DNA from: Podarcis liolepis
Lineage: Eukaryota
Strand: one strand, 5' to 3'
DNA: 64,000 nucleotides
Assembly: GCA_965112155.1 (NCBI GenBank)
Contig: OZ218098.1
Part shown: positions 1 to 10,584 of the stretch, one piece after another
Layout of the letters: each line of letters starts with the position of its first letter
Position numbering within the stretch: the stretch's first letter is position 1
The notes under the pieces: model-generated
The model's database searches: none
What the model was told of the DNA's origin: nothing
The model's input: only the letters and a program-made list of their open reading frames with translations
Position numbers and translations under genes: made by a program

Positions 1-129
1 CTGAAGGCAGCTCTGTATAGGGAAATTTTTTAAAAGTTTAAATGTTTTATTATGCTTTTATATATGTTGGAAGCTGCCTGGAGTGGTTGGGGCAGCCCAG
101 TCAGATATGCATAGTAAAATTATTATTAT
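1..129 (+). mobile_element. L2 LINE 3' end fragment
   Basis: LKAAL-type ORF2 end plus GAAGCTGCC..GAGTGGTTGGGG 3'UTR and (TAT)n tail, matching the other L2 3' ends in this window. Confidence 0.7.
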
Positions 130-1662
130 GGAATGGGATGTCCCTATTTTCATCGGAGAATTGTTGGGTGGTATGACCTACCCTTTGGTAAATTTAGAAC
201 TTTTGGCGAAATGAAGGAGTGCCTTGGTCAGCTCCTCGACTAGAAACCTCGCTACCCATTGGAGAGCACTGCCGTAGCTCCATGCTTCCCCATGGGGGCC
301 TAAAAGCAGCATGGCCATAACCACCTTATACTTAACCCTTAAGAGGCAAGAAGAGAAATTGGCAAGAGAGATTTCTTACCACTGAGGTTCTGTTTCTGCT
401 TGTTCCTGTCTTCAGGTACAAGAGGAAGATGGGCTCTCCGTGGGGTTTCTCATTGCCCCCCCCCCAATTGTGCATATTTATTCATAAGGCCCTAGGACAG
501 GTAGTCATTTTCTGGCCTTTACAAGAAAAAGATGGAGCACTACCCTTGATAAGACTGCAATCAAGTGCATTCCTCTCATTCTCCTTTGTGTTAACCAAAA
601 TAATTTCTCTCTTCATGAAAAACCCAACCCTCTATAGTTTGTACCCCACCTTTCAACAGGTAACAGCTTCTTCACCAACTCACCACACTGAACACTGCAC
701 AAATGAAAAACATAAAAATTTCATGTTGGACTGCCTGTATATTATTCATTTTTTATTACAAAAAAACCCCAAACCTAAGAAAATATGTGTTACAAACAGA
801 TGGGCAGCATGTCATGTGCTCAAATGAGAGAAAGGCTGGTGACATGCTATAGTTAACAGACTTATGCTTGAAACATCTGCTGTAATCCAGTTTTCTAACA
901 TCAAAATCACTGTTCTGTGAAACCTGATAAACAGAACCAATACATTAAGTGGCAAAGTGCACTGTATCTAGTGTTATTAAATGCAAAATGAAAAAAGAGA
1001 ACTATAAAAGTTTATTGGTGAGCAAGGCCTGCTACAATTGAGACACTATTTCAAAGCATAGCATGTTGGATTGAGTCAGAATTCAGTTTCCAACTGCTAA
1101 ATTCCCAGAAACCAAGATTGCTTTTACTGGCTGGTAGGCAATTTTGGGATGAGCTCAATAGCAAAGAAAAAAGCTCAATTCTTTTCTGAAACCATACTAT
1201 TTTCCCCTTTCATGCCTCCCTCCATCCCTTGCGGTCTATTGTTTTGTACTCTAAGTTGAAATTGGAAAGGCCCAGGGGCTTCTGCTGTCTCTGACACTGT
1301 TACTGTTAATTTGACTGCACGCCAGTGGTGAGCTAACGGAGAAAATCTACAGCTCTTGTCAATCACAAGCAGGGCGAAGCACCTAACAGTGTTGATTCAA
1401 CAGTGCCTGGGAATAGAAGAGCGTACCTCAAAGACCAAGAGAAGCAGAGCCAGGTGCAGAATTCAACCTGAAAACAAACTGTTCTTTCAAGATGTCCTTC
1501 AGGAAACTCACGGACGAGACCAGTATTCAGGATTTAAAACTGACTTGCAAATTAATGAGAACGGAGTGAATCTACCTCTATAGCGGATTGAAGATTGTAT
1601 AGAAAACAATTCCATTCCCAGCTTACACAGTTGTGTACATGCACAGTTCAGAGCTGTGCATG

Positions 1663-2011
1663 TGTTGTGTATTGAGTCAAAGGATTTTATATCTGTATTA
1701 GTATTGTCTGTATTTGCATTAGGGTAAAGTAACTGCCTTTTGGTTTCAGAGGGTACAGCTACTATTGGTTCATTTAAGCTGCTGTATTTGGATCCTCTGT
1801 CTTATTGGTTCCCTCCAAAAGGCAGGACTGTGATTGCCTGATATTGTTCCCTCCAAAATGTATCCTTTTTAGCTAGTCCCCTGTCCCTATAAATGTAGCT
1901 TTCCTCTCCCCAGTCTTTAGTCTTGTTGCTTTAATAAAGAAGTGTTACTAGAGAACTGTCTCCAGCATGTTATATCAAGAGAGCTGAAATCACAAACCCC
2001 ACGTCACAACA
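1663..2011 (+). repeat. 5' LTR (349 bp)
   Basis: TG...CA ends with 7-bp inverted termini, TATAAA 1888-1893, AATAAA 1933-1938, directly followed by the PBS. Confidence 0.93.
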
Positions 2012-2013
2012 AC

Positions 2014-2031
2014 TGGCGACGAAGGTGGGAT
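2014..2031 (+). promoter_or_regulatory. Primer binding site complementary to tRNA-Ser(GCT) 3' end
   Basis: TGGCGACGAAGGTGGGAT, 2 nt after the LTR end; reverse complement ATCCCACCTTCGTCGCCA is the vertebrate tRNA-Ser(GCT) 3' terminus (recalled, not searched). Confidence 0.88.
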
Positions 2032-2137
2032 CTGGAATGCTGAGGAGCGGTTAAACGCAGCCCTGCCTCAGAGTCCGGATTGCAGCTAAGAACAAGACTC
2101 ACTGGCCAGCTGAGAAGACGACCCTGCCCACAGGACA

Positions 2138-3250
2138 ATGGAGAGTCCAAGGGTATTGGAGCCCTTCCAGCCATCAGAGCCCCACACGTGGGAAGACTAC
2201 GTCGAACGCTTCGAGTTCTTCGCAGAGGCTCAAGGGATCACCGATGCCAGCAAAAGAAGGGCCACATTCCTGAGCTACTGTGGGCCTGAGACCTTCAAGC
2301 TGGCCAAGGCATTGCTTGCTCCAGCGAAGCTAAGTGAGACATCTCTCAAAGATATTCTTGCCTGCCTAACAAGCCACTTGGCGCCTACTGAGACCAAGAT
2401 GGCCCGGCGGATGGAGTTTCATAAGAGGCAGCAGCGTACTGGGGAGTCTGTATCTGCATTTCTAGCTGAACTGCGGAAGCTCGCTCAGCACTGCGACTTC
2501 CAAAATCTGGAAGAGACTCTCCTGGATCGGTTTGTCGGTGGTCTGAGCAGCAAGAAAGCCAGAAGACACATCGTGGCTAAAGAAGAGGTTACCCTTGCTT
2601 CAGCCTTGAAGGAGGCCACCGCCACGGAGAATTATGAAAGAGAGGAGCTTGATGCCAGTCGCAAGGCCCCTAAGCCACAGATAGAAGTTGCGCATGCCAT
2701 GGACGAGCTAGAGGCTACTCCGAGCCAGAGCCCAGTCCGTGGGGTCGAGTCAGTGCGTCAGGCCTGCACAGTGCACAAAGATCACCGAGGCAGGTGCCCA
2801 GGTTGTGGCGGAAACCATGAGCGGAAGAGTTGTCGTTTCCGGGATGCTATGTGCCGGACGTGCGGGAAGACAGGTCACATCGCCAGGGTCTGTAGATCGG
2901 CGGCGTTGGGAGCGACAGGAGCACCTAGACCGGAGCATCGCAGACCGCCCACAGCAACCCATTTTCTAAAGGACTGCCACTACGTAATGGAGATCAACGG
3001 GAGGGTCGTGCAGTTCCCAGCGCAAGGCAAGGCACACGTCAAGGTGAAGATTGAGGGTCAGCAGTGCGACATGGAGGTGGACTCCGGATCTGGATTCACT
3101 ATCGTGTCGGACCAGACCGCGAGGACATTCTTCCCCAGGGGTAAGTTGCCCCCTCTGGAGCCCTTCCCGGCAACCTGTCTCCAGCATGTTATATCAAGAG
3201 AGCTGAAATCAAAAACCCCACGTCACAACAGCATGTACACAAAATTATAA
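2138..3250 (+). CDS. Gypsy Gag (capsid plus two zinc knuckles) fused to N-terminal part of aspartic protease, with LTR/flank-derived C-terminal tail, 370 aa
   Basis: W..Y.ERFE.F N-terminal motif, MHR-like QRTGESVSAFLAEL, CPGCGGNHERKSC and CRTCGKTGHIARVC knuckles, protease VDSGS; no stops or frameshifts. Confidence 0.9.
   Translation: MESPRVLEPFQPSEPHTWEDYVERFEFFAEAQGITDASKRRATFLSYCGPETFKLAKALLAPAKLSETSLKDILACLTSHLAPTETKMARRMEFHKRQQRTGESVSAFLAELRKLAQHCDFQNLEETLLDRFVGGLSSKKARRHIVAKEEVTLASALKEATATENYEREELDASRKAPKPQIEVAHAMDELEATPSQSPVRGVESVRQACTVHKDHRGRCPGCGGNHERKSCRFRDAMCRTCGKTGHIARVCRSAALGATGAPRPEHRRPPTATHFLKDCHYVMEINGRVVQFPAQGKAHVKVKIEGQQCDMEVDSGSGFTIVSDQTARTFFPRGKLPPLEPFPATCLQHVISRELKSKTPRHNSMYTKL
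3175..3230 (+). repeat. 3' LTR remnant (last 56 bp)
   Basis: Identical to 1956-2011 except one C/A mismatch. Confidence 0.93.
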
Positions 3251-4367
3251 AGCACTGCAGTCCCCCTTCCTATATTTAACCTAGATGCTTGTGGTCTTTC
3301 ATGCCCCATGATGCCCCCAGCTTCTTTCCTGGTGCTCTCTCCTTTGTCTCCTCCTCGCACTCTTGGTACATTTTGCACAAGCTTCTCCTTTCTCCTCCTT
3401 AACATCCGGCCTCAAGACCCGCTTTTTCCATTCCTGAACCACCCACACCAGCCTTACCATTCCCACCTGTTGCCAGGTCTCAAGCTCTGGTGCTGAGATC
3501 CATTCTCAGGGCACCAAGTGCAGCCTAAAGGCAGGCGATTCATGGGCATATGCAGTGGCTGCACAAGTTAAATTAACTGTGTGTTGCCAGCTCTTTACTG
3601 CTAGGCTCAGTCTAGAGATGTAACATTTCCAGAATTTCCTCTAATGTACAGCATTTTTGTATGTTATTTTCACCAATATATGCATTCTGGTGCGCATTTT
3701 TTTCTAGTGTGTGCTTTCCTGTATGCGTCACGTGGCTGGGGAAAGACATTGCAAATTTTAAAGACAACTTCTGAATGATGGCTGTTTTTTGGTTCCCTTA
3801 TTCCCCCCCATGTGAATTTTAATTTGACAGGTTTACCTTTAAATGCAAACTAATTTATCCCCTTAGTAAGTGAGAAACAAGAGGAATCAGAGACTGAGCT
3901 GTACAAAGCCACAGTTACCATTTTATAGGAGCAAATAAGATCCTCTGTATTCTGAAGTTGTTGAAATAACATCTCTAGTATCAAATCCCAGGAGTGTTGC
4001 TTAACAATTCAGACAAACGCAGCAGAAATTACATCATTACTAACTTTACCACCTTTGAATCTTGGATCTAGACATTTTGCAACAGTACAGCCAGCACTGA
4101 CATTATTTTAAAGTACTGCTTTAAAAAGTAGTCCATGCATTATGCTGAAAGAGAAAATGTCAAACAAAAGGTTTTAGTTTCATTGTAAGTTTCTAAACTT
4201 TTCAGTGGAATAATTGGAGGTCCTCCAAATATAGGAAAAGGCAGGTCTTTCTCTCTCCCCATTTCCCCCACTGTTTCCAGTTCTGCTTTTACCATTCAGC
4301 TCCACTATTTTACCACTAAGCGATGCTCTCAGGCCCAAACCACGTATCAGGTTTTTTAAAACTGACA

Positions 4368-7150
4368 TAGAATCATAGAATAGAATCATAGAATCATAGA
4401 GTTGGAAGAGACCACAAGGGCCATCGAGTCCAACCCCCTGCCAAGCAGGAAACACCATCAGAGCACTCCTGACATATGGTTGTCAAGCCTCTGCTTAAAG
4501 ACCTCCAAAGTAGGAGACTCCACCACACTCCTTGGCAGCAAATTCCACTGTCAAACAGCTCTTACTGTCAGGAAGTTCTTCCTAATGTTTAGGTGGAATC
4601 TTCTTTCTTGTAGTTTGGATCCATTGCTCCGTGTACGCTTGTCTGGAGCAGCAGAAAACAACCTTTCTCCCTCCTCTATGTGACATCCTTTTATATATTT
4701 GAACATGGCTATCATATCACCCCTTAACCTCCTCTTCTCCAGGCTAAACATGCCCAGCTCCCTTAGCCGTTCCTCATAAGGCATCGTTTCCAGGCCTTTG
4801 ACCATTTTGGTTGCCCTCCTCTGGACACGTTCCAGTTTGTCAGTGTCCTTCTTGAACTGTGGTGCCCAGAACTGGACACAGTACTCCAGGTGAGGTCTGA
4901 CCAGAGCAGAATACAGTGGCACTATTACTTCCCTTGATCTAGATGCTATACTCCTATTGATGCAGCCCAGAATTGCATTGGCTTTTTTAGCTGCCGCGTC
5001 ACACTGTTGGCTCATGTCAAGTTTGTGGTCAACCAAGACTCCTAGATCCTTTTCACATGTACTGCTCTCAAGCCAGGTGTCACCCATCTTGTATTTGTGC
5101 CTCTCATTTTTTTTGCCCAAGTGCAATACTTTACATTTCTCCCTGTTAAAATTCATCTTGTTTGCTTTTGCCCAGTTCTCTAATCTGTCAAGGTCATTTT
5201 GAAGTGTGTTCCTGTCCTCTGGGGTGTTAGCCACCCCTCCCAATTTGGTGTCATCTGCAAATTTGATCAGGATGCCCTTGAGTCCATCATCCAAGTCGTT
5301 GATAAAGATGTTGAATAAGACCGGGCCCAAGACAGAACCCTGTGGCACCCCACTAGTCACTCTTCTCCAGGATGAAGAGGAACCATTGATGAGCACCCTT
5401 TGGGTTCGGTCAGTCAGCCAGTTACAAATCCACTGAGTGGTAGCATAGTCAAGACCGCATTTTACCAGCTTCTTTACAAGAATATCATGGGGCACCTTGT
5501 CAAATGCCTTGCTGAAATCAAGGTAGGCTACATCCACTGCGTTCCCTTCATCTACCAGGCTTGTAATTCTGTCAAAAAACGAGATCAGGTTAGTCTGACA
5601 TGACTTATTTTTCAGAAATCCATGCTGACTGTTGGTGATCACAGCATTCCTTTCTAGGTGCTCACAGACTGTTTGCTTAATGATCTGCTCCAGAATCTTC
5701 CCTGGTATTGATGTCAGACTGACTGGGCGGTAATTATTTGGGTCCTCTCTTTTCCCCTTTTTGAAAATAGGGACAACATTTGCCCTCCTCCAGTCTGCTG
5801 GGACTTCGCCTGTTCTCCAGGAATTCTCAAAGATGACTGCCAGTGGTTCTGAGATCACATCTGCCAGTTCTTTTAATACTCTTGGATGCAGTTCATCTGG
5901 CCCTGGAGACTTGAATACATCTAAACTAGCCAAGTATTCTTGTACTATCTCCTTAGTTATTCTGGGCTGTGTTTCCTTTGCTGGATCATTTGCTCCAAAT
6001 TCTTCAGGTCGGGCATTGTTTTCTTTATCGGAGAAGACTGAGGCAAAGAAGGCATTGAGGAGTTCAGCCCTTTCTGTGTCCCCTGTTTGCATTTCACCAT
6101 CTTCTCCTCTGAGTGACCCCACTGTTTCTTTGTTCTTCCTTTTGCTACGAACATACCCATAAAAGCCTTTTTTGTTGCTTTTAACCTCTCTAGCAAGCCT
6201 GAGTTCATTCTGTGCTTTAGCTTTTCTGACTTTGTGTCTACACGTGCTGGCTATTTCTTTGAATTCCTCTTTGGTGGTTTCCCCCCTTTTCCATTTTTTG
6301 TACACATCCTTTTTTAATCTTAACTCAGTTAAAAATTCTTTAGATAGCCACCCTGGCTTCTTTAGGCACCTTCCATGTTTCCGTCTCATTGGTATTGCCT
6401 GATGTTGTGCTTTTACTATCTCCCTCTTAACAAACTCCCAGCCATCATGAACTCCCTTTCCTTTTAGTATTACTGTCCATGGGATCTCACCCAGCACTTC
6501 CCTAAGTTTTATGAAGTCGGCTTTCTTAAAGTCAAGAAATTGAGTCCTAGTATGCTTGGCTGCTCCTTTCCGCTGTATAGTAAACTTCAGAAGAGCATGA
6601 TCACTCGCGCCTAATGATCCTTCCACTTCTACCCCACTAACCAGGTCATCCACATTGGTTAGGACCAGATCTAAAATGGCTGTTCCTCTTGTTGCTTCTC
6701 CCACTTTCTGGACAATGAAGTTGTCTGCAAGGCCAGTGAGGAATCTGTTTGACCTTATGCTCTTGGCTGAGTTTGACCTCCAACAAATATCCGGGTAATT
6801 GAAGTCCCCCATTACTACTATCTCCCTTCCTTTTGCATGCTTGGCCATCTGTTCCAGGAAGGCATCATCTATGTCCTCCGTTTGGCTTGGGGATCTATAG
6901 TAAACTCCCACAATGAGGTCTCTGTTACTCTTCTCTCCCTTAATTTTGACCCAAATGCTCTCACTTTGGCTTTGAGGTTCTAAATCTTGGATTTCTTCAC
7001 AGGTATACACATCCCTGACATATAACGCCACTCCTCCTCCTTTCTTGTCTGGTCTGTTTCTCTGAAATAGATTGTATCCCCCCATTATTACATTCCAATC
7101 GTGGGACTTATCCCACCAGGTTTCAGTGATGCCTATTATGTCATATTTAG
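4368..7150 (-). mobile_element. CR1 LINE, 5'-truncated within the endonuclease domain, young
   Basis: (ATTCTATG)n-type tail at 4368-4399; open ORF2; probable TSD TGACA at 4363-4367 and 7151-7155. Confidence 0.96.
4551..7085 (-). CDS. CR1 ORF2 (partial APE endonuclease plus complete reverse transcriptase), 844 aa from an internal ATG
   Basis: MGDFN and SDH endonuclease motifs; [27 protein letters not shown] and KFADD RT motifs; RRLRGD CR1 C-terminus; frame stays open to the truncation point near 7150. Confidence 0.93.
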   Translation of the reverse strand: MGGYNLFQRNRPDKKGGGVALYVRDVYTCEEIQDLEPQSQSESIWVKIKGEKSNRDLIVGVYYRSPSQTEDIDDAFLEQMAKHAKGREIVVMGDFNYPDICWRSNSAKSIRSNRFLTGLADNFIVQKVGEATRGTAILDLVLTNVDDLVSGVEVEGSLGASDHALLKFTIQRKGAAKHTRTQFLDFKKADFIKLREVLGEIPWTVILKGKGVHDGWEFVKREIVKAQHQAIPMRRKHGRCLKKPGWLSKEFLTELRLKKDVYKKWKRGETTKEEFKEIASTCRHKVRKAKAQNELRLAREVKSNKKGFYGYVRSKRKNKETVGSLRGEDGEMQTGDTERAELLNAFFASVFSDKENNARPEEFGANDPAKETQPRITKEIVQEYLASLDVFKSPGPDELHPRVLKELADVISEPLAVIFENSWRTGEVPADWRRANVVPIFKKGKREDPNNYRPVSLTSIPGKILEQIIKQTVCEHLERNAVITNSQHGFLKNKSCQTNLISFFDRITSLVDEGNAVDVAYLDFSKAFDKVPHDILVKKLVKCGLDYATTQWICNWLTDRTQRVLINGSSSSWRRVTSGVPQGSVLGPVLFNIFINDLDDGLKGILIKFADDTKLGGVANTPEDRNTLQNDLDRLENWAKANKMNFNREKCKVLHLGKKNERHKYKMGDTWLESSTCEKDLGVLVDHKLDMSQQCDAAAKKANAILGCINRSIASRSREVIVPLYSALVRPHLEYCVQFWAPQFKKDTDKLERVQRRATKMVKGLETMPYEERLRELGMFSLEKRRLRGDMIAMFKYIKGCHIEEGERLFSAAPDKRTRSNGSKLQERRFHLNIRKNFLTVRAV

Positions 7151-7155
7151 TGACA

Positions 7156-8655
7156 CTGCCATGTCGCTCTCATTAAATCATCATGCCCTGCATCTAAAAA
7201 AATACGAGTTTTGGATTCTGGATACATGGCAGATGAATCTGCTGAGACACAGTCAAAAGTATTTCCTGTTAGCTATCCTAAGACTAATGGTAATCCCTGG
7301 ACAAGGGTTAAAACCTTCTCTAATAGCCATAGCTGCTTCTATAGCCCTCACTGGCTCCCAGGCTGGCCTAAGTGGTTCTGGATATTCTGCCAGTGGCCTT
7401 CCTTGTTATTCTGTGACCAGATCAGCTTATCTTGGCATCCACTACCCACTGGCAGAGGAAGAGGAGTGTGGAGGGAGCATATAGCCCCCAGCAGCACGAC
7501 CCCAGTGGGATTCCATCACGGACCTATGCAACAGATGCAGCCTCAACTAGAGACTGGCAACAGTGTTTGCCTAGAATCCTTGTGCTCAAGTCTATTACAC
7601 TAGTTGCAACAGTAGAGTTGGTGGTGAATGGTCTGGTATGCACCCACTCTTGTGGCAGAATTGGTATTGAGCAGGCTCTCAAACATGGAGTCCTAAGGTA
7701 ACGCGCCAGCTCCTTCATTAGCTCAGGTAGGGACAGTTTGATGTCACTATCCTCAAGTTGGGTCCTCTCCACTGGTCAACTCTCATGAACATTCCTCAGT
7801 AGCTGTGCTGGTATAGGTTATTTTTGAACATCAAGGTACCACAATTCCACTCCAAAGCTGTTTCCCTTGCTGTGATCAACAAGGTTGTGGCCTCTTTACA
7901 TCATACATCTTATTTTTACACAACCCTTGTCTCTGGAGGGGTCATGGGCCAGGAGTCAGCTTCACCTGCTGAGCAGCAGCCTGAAGGAGCAGAAGGTGAA
8001 GTGACTCCACCTGCTGGTTATCAGCCTTCTTGCTCTGGATGAGAACCAACTGGCTCCAGCTTTCTTAAGCAGGGTTTCCAGCCTCGGACAGTTGGTGGAA
8101 ACAACATTTGTTGTTCCTGACCAGACCTTTCTGCTTCTTGCTTCTTGTGACTTTGGACCTTTGGCTTTCTTGACCCCTGGATTGTCTGACCACATGAACT
8201 TAGATACTACTGACCCCCAGTTGCAGCAAGAGGAGAGAAAACAAGATAGAGTCCTTTTTAATGAATTTAGTCATTCATAATAGCAAGAGACGCAGCAAGC
8301 ATGACAACGGCATTGCTCCAACTGGCTCCTCCTCCCTCTTCCTAGCAAGAGCATCTGTCCTTACGGTGGCCACTGGTGGTCAAATGTCTCTGATTCTGTT
8401 GTTCCTGCACTCTTAATGAACACTGAGTTCTGGGAGAAGGGGGGTCAGAAATACTCTCCAGTGACAATGTGTCAGCTCGTTGCTCTGCCTTCTAACCCTG
8501 CCAAACTCTTCTGTTCGTCTGTCTCTGAGCTGTGACCATACCTTGCTGTAAATCAGTGCTGCAGCCCTCCTCTCCTGCAGTGTCAGAAGGGGGAGGGGGC
8601 GACCTCCACCATTCCTCCTCCATCTTGCCCTCCTGAGTTCAATCCCTGACAAGGA
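7156..8655 (-). pseudogene. Highly decayed LTR-retrotransposon gag/protease-like remnant, probably interrupted by the CR1
   Basis: Broken minus-strand frames give LPELMKELARYL, ILPQEWV (SCAN/capsid-like) and NKEGHW (degenerate zinc knuckle); many stops. Confidence 0.35.
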
Positions 8656-9710
8656 GCTAGCTTAATTTATAACACCAATTGTATTATGTTCCTTTACAGC
8701 AGGAAAGCTTACTTTGCACAGCAATCACATGGTCATATATTAGAAAGGAATAAAAAGGAAAAATATGTGCCAGTTTGATGTCAGGAAAAAGCATCAATGC
8801 AAGAGCAAGCTGCAGGTGTCTGGAATGCAAAACAGGATGTTGATGTATGGGACTGTACTATTGGAACAAAGGAGCAGTCTATTCAGTGTACTGAGCACCG
8901 GATGTTAGCTCAGAGTGTCATCTGACCTGTACTGGAAGTACAGGGGTGGAGTTTTCTCACTCTACTGTTGAGAGATTAAAGAGTGCAGACGTGTTTCTCT
9001 GTACTGCTGTGAAGACAGAAATAAAAGGCATGTAAATAGATTTCTGTCTGTCTCTTTCCCCTCCCTGGGGGAAGCAGGGAGGAGGGAGAAAGGGTGTGTC
9101 CCTCTCACGCTGAGTGGGATCGCCGATAGAGGCCTCGCCTGTATCTTGCCAGGAGTCGCAGACGGGGAGGTCAACAAGGAACTCAAGCCGGGTGCCTGGA
9201 GAGTGGCCAATTCCTCTGATAGTGCTTGAGATTCCAACAGTTTGGGCAGGACTTCTAAACTTTTAAACAAAGACTCTGCTATACATCACTGCTAGGATAA
9301 TGTAATTCATTTGTTTGGCATTTCTTCTAGCAAATATCAATAAAGAGCAGTCAAAATTTTATACTCCACTGAATCAGACATCTGGCAGTCTTTGCATCCT
9401 TATCCAGAGCATTTAAATCTGACATATCATTAATAAAGATTAATCTTGTTGCAACTAAACGTATGAAAACTATTCTATGCCTAACAATAAAGTATCATTG
9501 GGAAGTCTGCCACTTTTGCCCTTTTGCAAAATTATTTTTAATGAAGATCATTTGTAAAAATTTGAACTACTAATGCCCTCTAATTCAGAATATGTAGTGA
9601 CAGGTGTCAAGCTTGCTTTGGGGCAGTGACTGTTTTCATAACTCAACTTTCCCTGCTCTAGATAATGGTTATAAAAACATAAAACAGCAGCTAGATAGAT
9701 GATACTTATA

Positions 9711-9938
9711 CAGTGGTACCTCGGGTTACAGACGCTTCAGGTTACAGATTTCGCTAACCCAGAAATAGTACCTTGGGTTAAGAACTTTGTTTCAGGATGA
9801 GAACAGAAATCGTGCTCTGGCGGCGCAGCAGCAGCAGCAGGAGGCCCCATTAGCTAAAGTGGTGCTTCAGATTAAGAACAGTTTCAGGTTAAGAACGGAC
9901 CTCTGGAACGAAGTAAGTTATTAACCAATGTACCACTG
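9711..9938. mobile_element. Tc1/mariner-pogo (Tigger-like) MITE
   Basis: TIR CAGTGGTAC...GTACCACTG flanked by TA on both sides. Confidence 0.88.
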
Positions 9939-10226
9939 TACAGTAAAGACTTAATGAGTAAAGTTAATATTAAACATTGAGAAGAATTACTTTACATTGG
10001 CTCATCTCAGAAGAAACACAATGAAAGAAAACAGCACAAATACTGGAAGACTTGATAACAGCTTCCTATAGAAGCACACTAAACCTGGTACTCTGACCAG
10101 ATGCTAAAGAATAGCAGCAAGAGTCTTGTGCTAGCAGATTTTGTCCATAGTTACAAGATACCCTAGTTCTATGCACATCCCTACAGTAAAAGCTGTAGTG
10201 CAACATTAAGCATTTGCTAGAAAGCT

Positions 10227-10584
10227 TAATAATAATAACAATAATTCATAATAATTTTATTATTTATACCCTGTCCATCTGGCTGGGTTTCCCAGTCACT
10301 CTGGGTGGCTTCCAGCAAAATATATATATAAAAAAACATTATAAACTTCCTGATGCAGGGCTGCCTTCAGACGTCTTCTAAAAGTTATGTAGTTCTTTAT
10401 CTCACTTACATCTGATGGGAGGGCGTTCCACAGGGAGGTGCCACTGCCGAGAAGGCCCTCTGCCTGGTTCCCTGTAACTTCACTTCTTGCAGCGAGGGAA
10501 CTGCCAGAAGACCCTCAGAGGTGTCCAGGCTGAACAATGGGGGTGGACACACTACTTCAGGCATACTGGGACGAGGCCATTTAG
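10227..10584 (-). mobile_element. L2 LINE 3' fragment
   Basis: (AAT)n tail and RAFS.A..LWNALP-type ORF2 end. Confidence 0.8.

Larger units (their letters stand above)
1663..3230 (+). mobile_element. Ty3/Gypsy LTR retrotransposon, internally deleted (pol and most of 3' LTR missing)
   Basis: Termini TGTTGTG...CACAACA; 5-bp TSD GCATG at 1658-1662 and 3231-3235; PBS; gag-protease ORF; last 56 bp of the LTR repeated at 3175-3230. Confidence 0.95.

Noticed and set aside
3141-3184. GTAAGT donor and CCAG acceptor near the Gypsy deletion junction, suggesting a spliced origin
   Set aside because: The junction (3174/3175) coincides with neither site, and the interval is only 44 nt.
4957-6402. Several plus-strand ORFs of 67-133 aa
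   Set aside because: Antisense shadows of CR1 ORF2.
7211-7603. Plus-strand ORF with DSGYMADES (phosphodegron-like) and GRGRG
   Set aside because: Non-ATG start, no splice context, Trp/Cys-rich junk composition; more likely the antisense of a decayed retroelement.
8780-9260. LTR-like segment with AATAAA
   Set aside because: Could not find matching TG...CA ends, a TSD or a clean PBS.
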